This document shows positions 1-9,388 of a stretch of DNA of 64,000 nt, one piece after another (positions within the stretch are counted from its first letter, which is position 1; each line of letters begins with the position of its first letter). The translations under genes were made by a program, and so were the position numbers. The notes under the pieces were generated by a model. It worked only from the letters and a program-made list of their open reading frames with translations. It was not told where the DNA came from and searched no databases. The DNA is from Vulcanimicrobiota bacterium (GTDB lineage Bacteria > Vulcanimicrobiota > Vulcanimicrobiia > Vulcanimicrobiales > Vulcanimicrobiaceae): positions 448,001 through 512,000 of the forward strand of contig OY968762.1 in NCBI GenBank assembly GCA_963695225.1. Direction: 5' to 3'.

Positions 1-89
1 TGGAAACCGGCCCGGGTTCGATGGAATTCGGACTTATGTCGCACTCGCGGCCCCGGGGGAGCGCATTTGCCGATCGCCAATCAATGATC

Positions 90-452
90 CTTGTCTCCCG
101 GGTGCCGGGCAGTCGCGCGCCGTCAAAGGCGTGAGGAAAGTCCGGGCTTCACCGGGCAGGGTGCAGGATAACGTCCTGTCGGGGCAACTCGAAGGAAAGT
201 GCCACAGAAACATACCGCCGGGGCAACCCGGCAAGGGTGAAATCGTGAGGTAAGAGCTCACGGAGTTCCGCGGAGACGCGGGCTCGGGTAAACCCCACCT
301 GAAGCAAGATTGCTCGATCCGCCCTACGGGGCTGGGCGGCCCGCCCAAACGAGCTACATCGCACCGAGGCGTCCGGCGACGGCCGCCCCAGAGAGATGGC
401 TGCCGCCTCGCGAGAGGTACAGAATCCGGCTTATAGGCGCCCGGGAGACAAG
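90..452 (+). ncRNA. rnpB: RNase P RNA, bacterial type A
   Basis: Hallmark motifs GAGGAAAGTCCGGGC, GAAAGTGCCACAGAAA, GGTAAACCCC and ACAGAATCCGGCTTA. P1 helix: CTTGTCTCCCGGGTGCC (90-106) pairs with GGCGCCCGGGAGACAAG (436-452). Confidence 0.97.
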
Positions 453-546
453 CCTCGATCCGCTGCGCCTTCGGGCGAGCGCTTGCGCCGATGGAAGCCG
501 CAGAGGGTAACGAACCGGGCCTGCGAATATGGGCGGTCGGCCTCTC

Positions 547-619
547 GGGGGCATAGCTCAGTTGGTAGAGCATCACGCTGGCAGCGTGAGGGTCAGGAGT
601 TCGAGTCTCCTTGCCTCCA
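547..619 (+). tRNA. tRNA-Ala(GGC)
   Basis: Cloverleaf GGGGGCA...TGCCTCCA, G3:U70 alanine identity pair, anticodon loop CT-GGC-AG; CCA not encoded. Confidence 0.96.
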
Positions 620-627
620 GATTTCGC

Positions 628-660
628 AAGAGGGTCCGCAGTCGCGGGCTCTTTTGTTTT
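628..660 (+). terminator. Intrinsic terminator after tRNA-Ala(GGC)
   Basis: GAGGGTCCGC-AGTC-GCGGGCTCTT stem followed by TTTTGTTTT. Confidence 0.75.
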
Positions 661-724
661 CGGCAGCCGGCGCGCAAAGAGAACGCGACGGCCGGAAACC
701 CGTAAACCGTCGCGCTTTCAGTCC

Positions 725-797
725 TGGAGATGAGGAGGCTCGAACTCCTGACATCCAACTTGCAAAGCTGGCGCTCTACCAACTGAGCTACATCCCC
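725..797 (-). tRNA. tRNA-Ala(TGC)
   Basis: Reverse complement GGGGATGTAGCTCAGTTGGTAGAGCGCCAGCTTTGCAAGTTGG...CATCTCCA; anticodon TGC. Confidence 0.96.
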
Positions 798-856
798 GCG
801 CCGCCGACTGTTCTGAATCCGAATCGGGTTTTCCGCCCGCGCGGGCCGCCGCGGGT

Positions 857-892
857 CCGGAGAGACGGCGCGGCGCGCCGCCGTCTCTCCGG
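857..892. terminator. 14-bp perfect hairpin, probable terminator of the 912-2402 gene
   Basis: CCGGAGAGACGGCG / CGCCGTCTCTCCGG, 20 nt past the stop; no clear U-tract. Confidence 0.5.
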
Positions 893-911
893 GCCTTGCC
901 GTTCTCTAAGA

Positions 912-2402
912 TTATGCGGCGACGATTTGGCTCGGGGTCGTTACCGGTTGCTGCGTGGCGGAGCCGGGCGGCGCGAAGCCGTTCTCGACGATCGCGACGA
1001 GTTGGTTGAAGGCGGCCCAGGCAAACGGGAGCTGCGTCTGCAGCCCGTAGCCCCAGGCGGGGTTGGCGAACGTGTCGACGTGCGTCCCGCCTTGCACGAC
1101 GTATTGCCAGTATTGCCCGCCCTTCCCCGACGCTTTGACGGCGTTGAGGTACGGGGTCGCGTTGTTCGCGGTCGTCACGAACGTGTCGGCGCTGCCGGTG
1201 ATCGAGACGAGCGGTTTTTGGATGTTCCCGGTGTGCGAGAACGTCGAGATGACGGAGTTCGCTTGGCTCGAGGGCGCGTAGGCGGCGCGGGTCGCGGGCA
1301 GGGCGAGGCCCGTGGCGTTACACGAACCTGGAAGCCCGGCCGGGTTCGCCGGGTTCGGCGTGCATCCGCCGGGGACCGACGAGGTCGCCGCCGGATCCAA
1401 GAGCAGGCCGTATTCGAAGACGGTAAGGTCGTGATAGAACGACGGCTGGTTCGCGTAGTACTCGTACCACAGCGAAGGATGCCCCGCCGCGCCGGCGATG
1501 TCGGCCGGATACCCCGCCGCAACGATCGCGGCGGCCGCGGCCGTGTCGGTGAAGTTGCTCGCGACGTACGTCTGCATCGCGGTCAAGAACTTCGGCATGT
1601 ACGTCAGGATATTCAGCGCGGTCGACCAGTAGACGCCCGCCCAATCGACGCCGCCGTCGACGAGCGTGCCATAGTTCTCCAACAGCGAGCGCACTTGCGC
1701 GCCGCCGTTCGAAAGGCCGACCGCGTACGTGCGGGTCGGCGCTTTCCCGAAATAGGTCACCAGGAATTGCTGCGCCGCCTTGACGAGCGTCGCGTAGTCG
1801 CGGTTCCAATCGGCAATCGTTCCGGACTGGTTGAGAGCGCCGAGGCGGTACGAGTACTCGGCGACCTCGAGATGGAGCGTCCCGGCCACGATGTAGTCGA
1901 ATGGGATCGGGAATGCTTTGAGCGGATTCGGGCTCGCCTGCAGCGTCTCGAGGATCGCGTTGTAGTTGATGCCCTTGTTGCTGGAGGCGAACGCGTATCC
2001 GCCGGCGAGAGCGAAATCGCCCCAGATCCCTTCGTTCGCGAACTCGCTGCGCGTCGCGGGCGTCCCGGCGACGATCAGCTTCCCGTTCCACGCGGTCGGG
2101 ACTTTGATGACGTAGCGCTCGTTGGATGCGTACGATCCGGTGGCTAGCGTCCCCGGCACGGGCGAGGCCGCCGGCGAGACGTAGTTGAGGACGAGGGCTG
2201 CGGCATCGCCCGCCGGATCGTACCCCGGGAAGACCGGCGGGAGCGGAAATTTGCCGTAACGCAGATCGCTCACGGCCGTACCCGCCGGGAGCCGGGGGGT
2301 CCCCGGCAGGCCGCCGGGATTCGGAACCGAGGAATTCGACGTGTTGCAGCTTGCCAGCAAAGGAGCAACCGCGGCTAGCTCGAGAAAGTGCCGTCGCTTC
2401 AT
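912..2402 (-). CDS. Tat-exported lipoprotein alpha/beta hydrolase (tannase/feruloyl esterase or 3HB-oligomer hydrolase-like)
   Basis: MKRRHFL twin-arginine motif, lipobox LLASC, WNGKL, nucleophile elbow GLSNGG, C-terminal D and GGTH triad candidates. Confidence 0.8.
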   Translation of the reverse strand: MKRRHFLELAAVAPLLASCNTSNSSVPNPGGLPGTPRLPAGTAVSDLRYGKFPLPPVFPGYDPAGDAAALVLNYVSPAASPVPGTLATGSYASNERYVIKVPTAWNGKLIVAGTPATRSEFANEGIWGDFALAGGYAFASSNKGINYNAILETLQASPNPLKAFPIPFDYIVAGTLHLEVAEYSYRLGALNQSGTIADWNRDYATLVKAAQQFLVTYFGKAPTRTYAVGLSNGGAQVRSLLENYGTLVDGGVDWAGVYWSTALNILTYMPKFLTAMQTYVASNFTDTAAAAAIVAAGYPADIAGAAGHPSLWYEYYANQPSFYHDLTVFEYGLLLDPAATSSVPGGCTPNPANPAGLPGSCNATGLALPATRAAYAPSSQANSVISTFSHTGNIQKPLVSITGSADTFVTTANNATPYLNAVKASGKGGQYWQYVVQGGTHVDTFANPAWGYGLQTQLPFAWAAFNQLVAIVENGFAPPGSATQQPVTTPSQIVAA

Positions 2403-2760
2403 GAAAGTTAGGATCACCTCATGGGAGCGCTAGGGGAAGTGAAGCGCATCGTACGCGCAGCGCGCGCACGATTCCCGCTCGTTCACGCAGTCAGTTTCTA
2501 GCGCGTCGTTTGCGCGACCAATGGCGACCCTCATGTCCCGTAGGCCCGCCGCAATGTCACCCGTCGAAGAGTGAGCTTTCCGCGCGGCCCGCGTCCGGAG
2601 CGCGGCCGGGGTTCCCCGGCCCCACTCCGGACGCTACCATGCATGCCATCGTTATTGTGGGGTGGCTATCTTCACCTCAGCCCATCGTACATCGGCGGCG
2701 CGCGGCGGCGCGTCCGTTGCGAGTGCTGGGGCTGTGCGGTAGAGTTTGCGTAATGTGAGC

Positions 2761-3624
2761 ATGAGGCTATTCCCCACGGCGGCGCAGGCGTATGCGGAGC
2801 GCCACGAACTGCATGCGCTCGTGATCGAGCGCGCCGGCGAGATCGTGTTCGAACGTTACGCCGAGGGCTTTGGGAGTGCCGTCGGGCACCCGCTCTATAG
2901 CGGAACGAAGAGTTTCTGGGGCGTTCTCGCGGTCGCGGCGGAAGAAGATGGTCTGCTCTCGCTCGACGAGCCCGTCGCCCAAACGATTTCCGAGTGGCGG
3001 TTCGACCCGCTGCGCAGGCGCGTCACGTTGCGCGGGCTGTTGGAATTGACGAGCGGCATCGGATTCGGCGGCCTCGGCAATGCAGTCCCCACGTACGAGA
3101 AGGCGCTGCAGACGCCGGTCCTCGCCGAGCCGGGCACGCGCTTCACCTATGGCGGCATTCCGCTGCAAGTGTTCGGTGCCGTGCTCAGCAGACAGCTTGC
3201 AGGGCGTTTTGCCTCGCCTCACGCTTACTTGCACGAGCGGATCCTCGATCCGATCGGCGTGCGAGTTGCCGAATGGCGGAAGTTACGCGACGGCACGAGT
3301 CCGCTTCCGACGGGTGCGAGCTTGACTGCGCGCGATTGGCTCCGTTACGGCCGCTTCATCCTCGAAAACGGGCGGCGCGACGGCCGTGTCATCGTGGGCG
3401 AGAGCGCGCTGGCGCGATGCTTCAACGGCTCCGAAGCGAACCCAAACTACGGCCTCGGCTGGTGGCTGCGCCCGCTCGAAGAACCCGCCGACCTAGTGTA
3501 CGCGAGCGGCTCCGGCGGACAAGCGCTCTACGTTTCGAGATCGGCGCAGCTCGTCGCGGTGCATTTCGGTAAGAGCGCATCGTGGGGGCACGCGACCTTC
3601 CTGCGCCGCCTGTTCGGCGCGTGA
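2761..3624 (+). CDS. Serine hydrolase, beta-lactamase/PBP-like family
   Basis: SGTK (SxxK) motif, LLSLDEPV, PGTRFTY, YGLGWW, ASGSGGQ. Confidence 0.88.
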   Translation: MRLFPTAAQAYAERHELHALVIERAGEIVFERYAEGFGSAVGHPLYSGTKSFWGVLAVAAEEDGLLSLDEPVAQTISEWRFDPLRRRVTLRGLLELTSGIGFGGLGNAVPTYEKALQTPVLAEPGTRFTYGGIPLQVFGAVLSRQLAGRFASPHAYLHERILDPIGVRVAEWRKLRDGTSPLPTGASLTARDWLRYGRFILENGRRDGRVIVGESALARCFNGSEANPNYGLGWWLRPLEEPADLVYASGSGGQALYVSRSAQLVAVHFGKSASWGHATFLRRLFGA

Positions 3625-3696
3625 CGCGGGCAGGTCCGGCTCGAGCACGGGCCGCCCGTCAAGTCACGCCGTTGGATCGATCGTCGCGCCTGCGCG

Positions 3697-4350
3697 CTAC
3701 CGCGTTGCGGCGAAGACGGAATCGGGAACTTTGACGTTCAGCCGGTAGTTCGAAAATGCGGTCTCGGAATCCGCGTGCAGGCCGCCGCCGCGCGTCTTGG
3801 TCGAGGTCGCGCTCACGAGGTAGTACCCGCCGATCGTCTCGTAGGTCTGGTCGCTCGTGATCGTCATGCCGTTCTTGTTCGCCCAGACGTATCGCTGGAC
3901 GAGGCCGGAGGCGTTCTGCACGGCCACGTCGATGCTGCGCACGCTTTCCGGCTCGAGCGGCACGAGGTGATACGTCGTAATCTCCGCAGTGCGCGAGACC
4001 ACCGAGATTGCATATCGCTTCGCCAAGCTCGATACGGGAATCGACGGCTGGTTCTCGAGCAGGGGTTTCGCGATTGCGGGGACGTTCTCGAATATCACCT
4101 TGGACTGGTCGCCGCGGCTGTAGAGCGTCCCGCGCAGCGTGAACCTGGCGAGCGGTAGACGTGTTGCGACCTCGATATGGGCCTCGTACGAAGCCAAACC
4201 CTTATTGAGGCGGACAACCTTCTGGAAGACCGGATCCTTGCTCGAATCGAAGGTTTGAGCACTCGCGGCAGAGAGCGTCACGCTCGCTAGCGCGATCGCC
4301 GCAGCGATCTTCGACCCGATGGGGATCCGGCGTCGTATTCCTTGCATCAT
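3697..4350 (-). CDS. Secreted hypothetical protein, possibly LolA/outer-membrane lipoprotein-sorting-like
   Basis: Signal peptide (ASA-Q), beta-rich body, C-terminal FSNYRLNVKVPDSVF typical of LolA-like folds. Confidence 0.6.
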   Translation of the reverse strand: MMQGIRRRIPIGSKIAAAIALASVTLSAASAQTFDSSKDPVFQKVVRLNKGLASYEAHIEVATRLPLARFTLRGTLYSRGDQSKVIFENVPAIAKPLLENQPSIPVSSLAKRYAISVVSRTAEITTYHLVPLEPESVRSIDVAVQNASGLVQRYVWANKNGMTITSDQTYETIGGYYLVSATSTKTRGGGLHADSETAFSNYRLNVKVPDSVFAATR

Positions 4351-4362
4351 GTCTTGCCTTGC

Positions 4363-5175
4363 TTATCGCAGGAATTGCTCCGCCTCGCTGGCGGGCAGGT
4401 GCAACGGCGTCGCTGACGCCGGATCGCTGTTGAACTTCGCGAACCGCGCGGGGTCTTGCGCGAAGTGCCGTTTGAGCTGTTCGATGCGATGCTCGTCGTT
4501 CGGATGATCGGAGAGGATCTCCGGAGGCTGCTTAAGATTCGCCTGCGAGAAGTCGTTAAAGAGCCACACGAGACCCCAGGGGTTGTACCCGGCGGCCGCG
4601 CAGGTCTCCGACCCTTTGAGGTCTGCCGCCTCCTCCACTTCGCGCGAATAATGAAGGGAATCGAGCGTGGCGATGGCCTTCACCGCAAGTATTGTACCGA
4701 TCGAGGGGCCCAGCAGGATCGTAGCGCCGATCGCGCGGCGGCGGATCGCGTCGTCGCGTTTCATCAATTCCATCGAATCGTGATGCAGCAAGTGAGAACT
4801 TTCGTGGCAGAGCGTTCCCTCGAGCTCCTCGGCGTTCTTCACGAAATAGAGCAGCGAGTCCACGACGTAGATGTTTCCGCCGGGCGCGGCAAACGCGTTC
4901 GGTTGGTTCTCGTGAACGATGTAGAAGTGGATCGGGTACTGATATTGCGGCTGCACGACCTTCGTTATCGCCGTCGCGATCGGCCGGAGCGTGTCGTAGA
5001 GCGGAGAGGATTGCACGATCTCGCCCTGGGCCTTCAGATCGGCGAAGAGCTGCGCTCCTGCCTGCGCCTCATCGGAGTCGTCGGCTCGCGCCGTGCTTCC
5101 CAGTGCGAGGATCGCCGCGAAGAGGACCGTCAGGCAAACCAGATACGAGCGAGGAGACCTGTCGAGCTTTCGCAT
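4363..5175 (-). CDS. M48 family zinc metallopeptidase, secreted
   Basis: PNAFAAPGG, HESSH (HExxH), YSREVEEAAD, LSDHP...RI; signal peptide; ATG overlaps the upstream TAA. Confidence 0.9.
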   Translation of the reverse strand: MRKLDRSPRSYLVCLTVLFAAILALGSTARADDSDEAQAGAQLFADLKAQGEIVQSSPLYDTLRPIATAITKVVQPQYQYPIHFYIVHENQPNAFAAPGGNIYVVDSLLYFVKNAEELEGTLCHESSHLLHHDSMELMKRDDAIRRRAIGATILLGPSIGTILAVKAIATLDSLHYSREVEEAADLKGSETCAAAGYNPWGLVWLFNDFSQANLKQPPEILSDHPNDEHRIEQLKRHFAQDPARFAKFNSDPASATPLHLPASEAEQFLR

Positions 5176-5747
5176 TAGTGCGTTGCCTGAAGCTTCGCGA
5201 AATCGGCGCCGACGCTCTTGATGCTGAAGGAAAAGGCGATCAACGAGATGCCGGCGAGAACGGCGTACAAGCCGACCGTGTAAACCAGGGCGAAAACTCC
5301 GAGCTCGGGCCGCAAGACGACGTAGAAGCCGAACGCCAGGCTGATGATCCCCATCAGAATCCACCAGAATTCGTTGCTCACGTACTTGCGCAGCGCTACG
5401 GCGCCTGAGATCTCCGTGAGGCCGCTGGAAATCAGCCAGATTGCGACGAAATAGGCGAGCGCCAGCGGTCCGGCGCCCGGTTGGGCCAGCATGACGAAGC
5501 CGAGCGCTCCCTGGACGAGACCCGAGAGGATGAGAGCCCACCAGTGGTCGACGCCGGTGATGGAGACGCCGGCAAAGAGCGATGCTGCGCCGCTGACGAT
5601 GAGGTAGGCTGCGACGACGTAGACGAGGGCGGTCGCCGTCGCAGACGGCGACGCGAAGGCGAATGCCGCCAGAGCGAGTGCGACGAGCCCGCGCAACAGG
5701 AACGTCCACCACTTACTGGATAGTTGCTTTACGGTATCGGTGATCAT
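5175..5747 (-). CDS. HdeD/DUF308 family membrane protein
   Basis: KWWTFLLRG start and six hydrophobic helices in repeated WW..L.G pairs. Confidence 0.88.
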   Translation of the reverse strand: MITDTVKQLSSKWWTFLLRGLVALALAAFAFASPSATATALVYVVAAYLIVSGAASLFAGVSITGVDHWWALILSGLVQGALGFVMLAQPGAGPLALAYFVAIWLISSGLTEISGAVALRKYVSNEFWWILMGIISLAFGFYVVLRPELGVFALVYTVGLYAVLAGISLIAFSFSIKSVGADFAKLQATH

Positions 5748-6147
5748 GAGCGTGTACCCCTTGATTGTCGACTCCCAGAACGTGTCTCTCGGAGTTCGGA
5801 AGACGCCGCCGAGACATGGCATGGCCGTGTCGATTCGGCGCCGTCGGAGCTTCCGGAATGAATCTCCCGGTGAAGCCAGCGTAGGTGAGCCGAGCATGGA
5901 CAGATAGTTCCGCGTTGCTCACATGAATGGCAGTAACAGCCTCCCTCGCAGGCGACGTTCGCTGCGGGCGGGTCGGTGCGCGATGGCGAACGCCGGTGCC
6001 CGCCGTGGTTGCGGCAGTTCTGCATCGTACCGCCGGAGTGCGATGTCGGGGCGGCACGCAGACGGTTCGGCGAGTGCCGCGCCGGACCGGCCACGGGCCA
6101 TCGGGGTCGCGAGCTGCGCTCTTAGCGCAGGCGCCTCTTGAGCTGCC

Positions 6148-6873
6148 CTAGGGACTTCCTGCGGAACGCCGCTTCGGCTCGGAGCCTGAGGCCGTCGAGA
6201 GGGTCGCGGCGAGCGCCTCAAACGCCTCGTCGACGAACGCGCTGAGCGACTCGGTACCGCCACGGTTGAGCCACGCTTCGATGGCAACGTTCGCTAACGC
6301 GATGACGACCGCCGCCGTCGTCGGTGCGACCAACGATTGCGGTGGGAGCCCCCAGCGGGCCGAGATGCCGTCGGCAAGGTCACGCTGGACGCGCAGGTTC
6401 GAGCCGGCTAGTTCCGTCTGGACGCTCGGAGTCGCCTGCATGAGGCGTGCGGTCCCGACTGCCCTGTCGCGGTCGGTCTCGTATGACTCCATGAGGCGCG
6501 CGAGCGCCCGGCGCGCGGCGACGAGGGGTGGAGTCGAGGTGGGCTGCGTCAGGATGCTGCGCAGCAGGTCGGCGTTGAGCTTTTCGTGCCAGGCGACGAC
6601 CAGGGCCCCTTTCGAGGGGAAGTAGCGGAAGAAGGTGCGCACTGAGACGTCGACTTCAGCGACGATGTCGTCGATCGACACCCGATCGAACCCGCGCTCG
6701 GTAAATAGCCTCATGCCGACGTCCACGAGCCGCTCGCGTAACTTCTCGCGTTTCCGTTCGCGAAGCCCGGGCAATCGGGCTCCTTCGGCCGGATTCTCCC
6801 TAGGCTCGGCGGCGGCCGATGGTTCGATTCGGGGCAACGGCGCCGACTCTGATCTGACGTATGGGCTGGCCAT
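6148..6873 (-). CDS. TetR family regulator with MftR-like C-terminal domain
   Basis: GLRERKREK, LFTERGFDRVSIDDI, VSVRTFFRYFPSK HTH. Confidence 0.9.
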   Translation of the reverse strand: MASPYVRSESAPLPRIEPSAAAEPRENPAEGARLPGLRERKREKLRERLVDVGMRLFTERGFDRVSIDDIVAEVDVSVRTFFRYFPSKGALVVAWHEKLNADLLRSILTQPTSTPPLVAARRALARLMESYETDRDRAVGTARLMQATPSVQTELAGSNLRVQRDLADGISARWGLPPQSLVAPTTAAVVIALANVAIEAWLNRGGTESLSAFVDEAFEALAATLSTASGSEPKRRSAGSP

Positions 6874-6894
6874 CGAGGCGTCCTTTCGGCTTAC

Positions 6895-6975
6895 ATGGCA
6901 AGTTGTCATGCTTGAGCATCTGCTTATCTGAGCCAAATGCGCATACTTGACAAATGGCACGTAATGCCATAATAT
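6895..6975 (+). promoter_or_regulatory. Sigma70-type promoter with overlapping palindromic operators (probably TetR)
   Basis: TTGACA (6947-6952)-17 nt-TAATAT (6970-6975). ATGGCA-N5-TGCCAT (6954-6970) lies in the spacer; ATGGCA-N3-TGTCAT at 6895-6909. Confidence 0.65.
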
Positions 6976-7162
6976 ACCGTCAGTCGCCGAGACGCAACCC
7001 CCATCTTCGAGCCGTCGTGCCGAATGGGCGCGGCCCGTCTCAGCGGCACCTTTGTGAACTCTTAATTTGCAGACGGCCAGTTCGTTGTAAGATGTCTCCG
7101 GAACGCTGAGAACGACATCTTCGGACACGCTGAGCCATTGCGGTACCGTTAAGGAGCCTGCC

Positions 7163-8041
7163 ATGCAAGCGATCGAGCGTCCAACGAACAACACGCGACT
7201 CGGAGAGTTCCTGAGAACGCGGCGCGCGCGCCTCACACCCGCGGACCTGGGCTTGCCGCCGTTAGGGCGGCGGCGCACGCCGGGTCTGCGCCGTGAAGAG
7301 GTGGCCCAACTGAGCGGAATATCGGTCGCCTATTACACCTGGATGGAACAAGGCCGCGACCTGCACATGTCCTGCGACGTGCTCCACGCGCTCGCTCGCA
7401 CGCTTCAGCTTTCGAACGCGGAGCGCGCGCATCTCTTTACGCTCGCCGGACTGGAAGTCCAGGAAAGCGTCGCCCTCGATAGTGCAGATCTCCATCCCAC
7501 GCTCGCGCACGTCTTCGAGACGCAGCGGAATGTTTGCGCGTACAAGTACGATACGTGGTTCAACGTCATCGCGGCGACGCCGTTGGCGGCGGCCGTGTTC
7601 GGCTTCAGAACGCGTCGAGGCGCTGAAACGAACTTGATCTACGATCTCTTTGCCGACCCGCAGCAAAGGCAGTTATGGGTGGACTGGGATAGCGAGGCTC
7701 ATAGTCTCGTCGGCATGTTGCGGCAATCCTTGGCAAAACGGCCCGATTCGGCTGAAGGCAACACGCTCCTCGAGGCGCTGACGCTGCTTCCCGATTTCAC
7801 TGCAGTGTGGAACGCCTACGACGTGCGGCTGCGCCCATCTCCCGACGAGTACTTTCGTGCCGAGCCGTGGGATCTCGCTCACTGGCAAGGCGGCACGTTG
7901 CGCATTCACCGTATCGCGCTGGCGATCCCAAAGCGAAACGGCGGTACTCTCGTCTTGTGCAGCCCGGCCGACCCGGAGACCGCATCCAAGTTTCAATACC
8001 TCGCAGAGCCGGGAAACATCCGGCACTTGCGAGTTCTTTAG
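7163..8041 (+). CDS. XRE-family HTH regulator with MmyB-like ligand-binding domain
   Basis: LGEFLRTRRARL, RRRTPGLRREEVAQLSGISVAYYTWMEQGR, ERAHLFTLAG. Confidence 0.92.
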   Translation: MQAIERPTNNTRLGEFLRTRRARLTPADLGLPPLGRRRTPGLRREEVAQLSGISVAYYTWMEQGRDLHMSCDVLHALARTLQLSNAERAHLFTLAGLEVQESVALDSADLHPTLAHVFETQRNVCAYKYDTWFNVIAATPLAAAVFGFRTRRGAETNLIYDLFADPQQRQLWVDWDSEAHSLVGMLRQSLAKRPDSAEGNTLLEALTLLPDFTAVWNAYDVRLRPSPDEYFRAEPWDLAHWQGGTLRIHRIALAIPKRNGGTLVLCSPADPETASKFQYLAEPGNIRHLRVL

Positions 8042-8077
8042 CTCGGCGCAGGAGCGCGCAACCAAACTAACGCGAGG

Positions 8078-8230
8078 TCACGTTGCGGCCGAAGAAGATG
8101 ATTGTTCCGATCTCGAGATGAGCCCGAGACACGTCACGATCATGGCCACCAGAATCGCGAAAAACAGCAGCGGGAGCACTTCGTCGCCGTCGACGGCCCC
8201 CGCGGTTTGGAGGTCGAGCTGTGAAGTCAT
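8078..8230 (-). pseudogene. Internally deleted remnant of an mgtA paralogue (N- and C-termini joined)
   Basis: MTSQLDLQTAGAVDGDEVL matches MgtA MIATLDLQTACGLESADVL; PLLFFAILVAMIVTCLGLI matches PPLFFGVLVAMIAAYLALI; GTTTGGAGGTCGAG is shared with 17008-17021. Confidence 0.75.
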
Positions 8231-8290
8231 GGCTTCCGGAGGAGATGGTCCGCCGCCATGCACTTCACAGACTCGACCAAGAGACCGGCG

Positions 8291-8845
8291 TCAGCTCCAG
8301 TACGGAGCGTAGTCGTAAGGGTAGAAATAGTAGCCGTAGCTCGGGCCGAAGAAGGAGTCGCTGTTGACGTCGCCTTTCGGACGCCGGAAGACCTTGCCGC
8401 CGAGCCGTTTCGCCAGCGTGTCGACCGGCGTGGTCCAGCTCTCCGAGATCTCGGCGAGCACGGCCGACTGTCCGGGAGCCAACACGAAGCCGGACTCGTA
8501 GGCGGCCTCCTCGTGCTCGCCGGCTTTCACGGCATCCGCCGTGAGTCCGATCGCTGCGCCGCCCGCGGCGCCGATACCGACTGCCGCCCCGATTTTCGCG
8601 CCGGCTACGGCTCCGACGGGACCGGCGAGAGCACCCAGCAATGCGCCGACGCCGACGCCCACTGCCGTGCGAAGCCCGGGATTGGTTTGCTTCGTGGCGA
8701 CCTGCACGTATCCGAGTTCGTTGCGCCGGATGACCGCGGCGCCGTGCACGGTGATTTCACCTTGGACGTCCAGCGCCCACAGCGCGTGGAGCGCGTCGGA
8801 TGCCTGGGTCTCCGAATCGAAGGTGATTGCTACGTAGTTGTCCAT
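8291..8845 (-). CDS. DUF1269-family glycine-zipper membrane protein, copy 1
   Basis: YVAITF, GAAVIRR, GxxxG hydrophobic tract, LAPGQSAVLAEISESWTTPVD. Confidence 0.85.
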   Translation of the reverse strand: MDNYVAITFDSETQASDALHALWALDVQGEITVHGAAVIRRNELGYVQVATKQTNPGLRTAVGVGVGALLGALAGPVGAVAGAKIGAAVGIGAAGGAAIGLTADAVKAGEHEEAAYESGFVLAPGQSAVLAEISESWTTPVDTLAKRLGGKVFRRPKGDVNSDSFFGPSYGYYFYPYDYAPYWS

Positions 8846-8869
8846 GTGGTTCTCCTCGTCGATCGTGGG

Positions 8870-9244
8870 TTAGTTCGCGGAGGACGTTGCGCGCTTGGCG
8901 GCAACGGCGTGGCTGAGGCTCTGAACGGCGACGCGCGCGCGATCGAGGGCCGCTTGATTCGCGTTCCTTACGTCGGCCCCGGCGGCGCCTGCGGCCGCTT
9001 TAGCCTGCGTCGCCGCGTCTTCGAGTCGCGCGGCAGCCTTCTTGAGATGCTCCTTCGCGTCGGCACGCTGCTCTTCGGCGAGCGTCTTGACGGACGCCGC
9101 GAGTTGGTGAGCTTCCGCCGAGGCGAGCTCGAGCTCTGTGCGTAAACCGGCTTGATTCTCTGCGTTGATCGCTTCGATTCTTTCGTGCAGCGCCTGAGCA
9201 TCGCTGCGAGCCTTGTCGACGGCGTCTTTGACTGCGCTCATCAT
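8870..9244 (-). CDS. Ala-rich amphipathic helical hypothetical protein, copy 1
   Basis: AAGGAG RBS; near-identical paralogue at 11091-11456. Confidence 0.82.
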   Translation of the reverse strand: MMSAVKDAVDKARSDAQALHERIEAINAENQAGLRTELELASAEAHQLAASVKTLAEEQRADAKEHLKKAAARLEDAATQAKAAAGAAGADVRNANQAALDRARVAVQSLSHAVAAKRATSSAN

Positions 9245-9274
9245 CGTTCTCCTTGCGTTAGCGGTGCTCGCACA

Positions 9275-9337
9275 ATCGTAAGCGGCGCGCGTGACGCCGA
9301 CCATCTCCCAATCTCTCCTATGAGTCCCAGTCACAGG
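9275..9337 (-). promoter_or_regulatory. Conserved promoter plus palindromic operator, copy 1
   Basis: TGGTCG-17-TACGAT and CCTGTGA-N7-TCATAGG; both recur at 11489-11551. Confidence 0.6.
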
Positions 9338-9388
9338 CTCGGCGGCGCCGACCGGTCCGGCCGCGGCGGCGAGAAGCGGAGCCTCGTG

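Noticed and set aside
34..782. ORFs 34-576, 149-364, 354-554 and 573-782
   Set aside because: Antisense or shadow frames of rnpB and the tRNAs.
396..2147. 583-aa ORF and the many other long Arg/Ala-rich overlapping ORFs in the track
   Set aside because: High-GC shadow frames of better-supported genes; no motifs or RBS.
2591..2680. Long hairpin plus GAGGTG followed by a short frame on the minus strand
   Set aside because: The frame stops after 7 codons and no RNA family is recognisable; at most a terminator or decayed small gene.
5748..6147. Cys-rich frame (CYCHSC...CPC) between HdeD and TetR
   Set aside because: No credible start/RBS pair or known motif; several conflicting frames.
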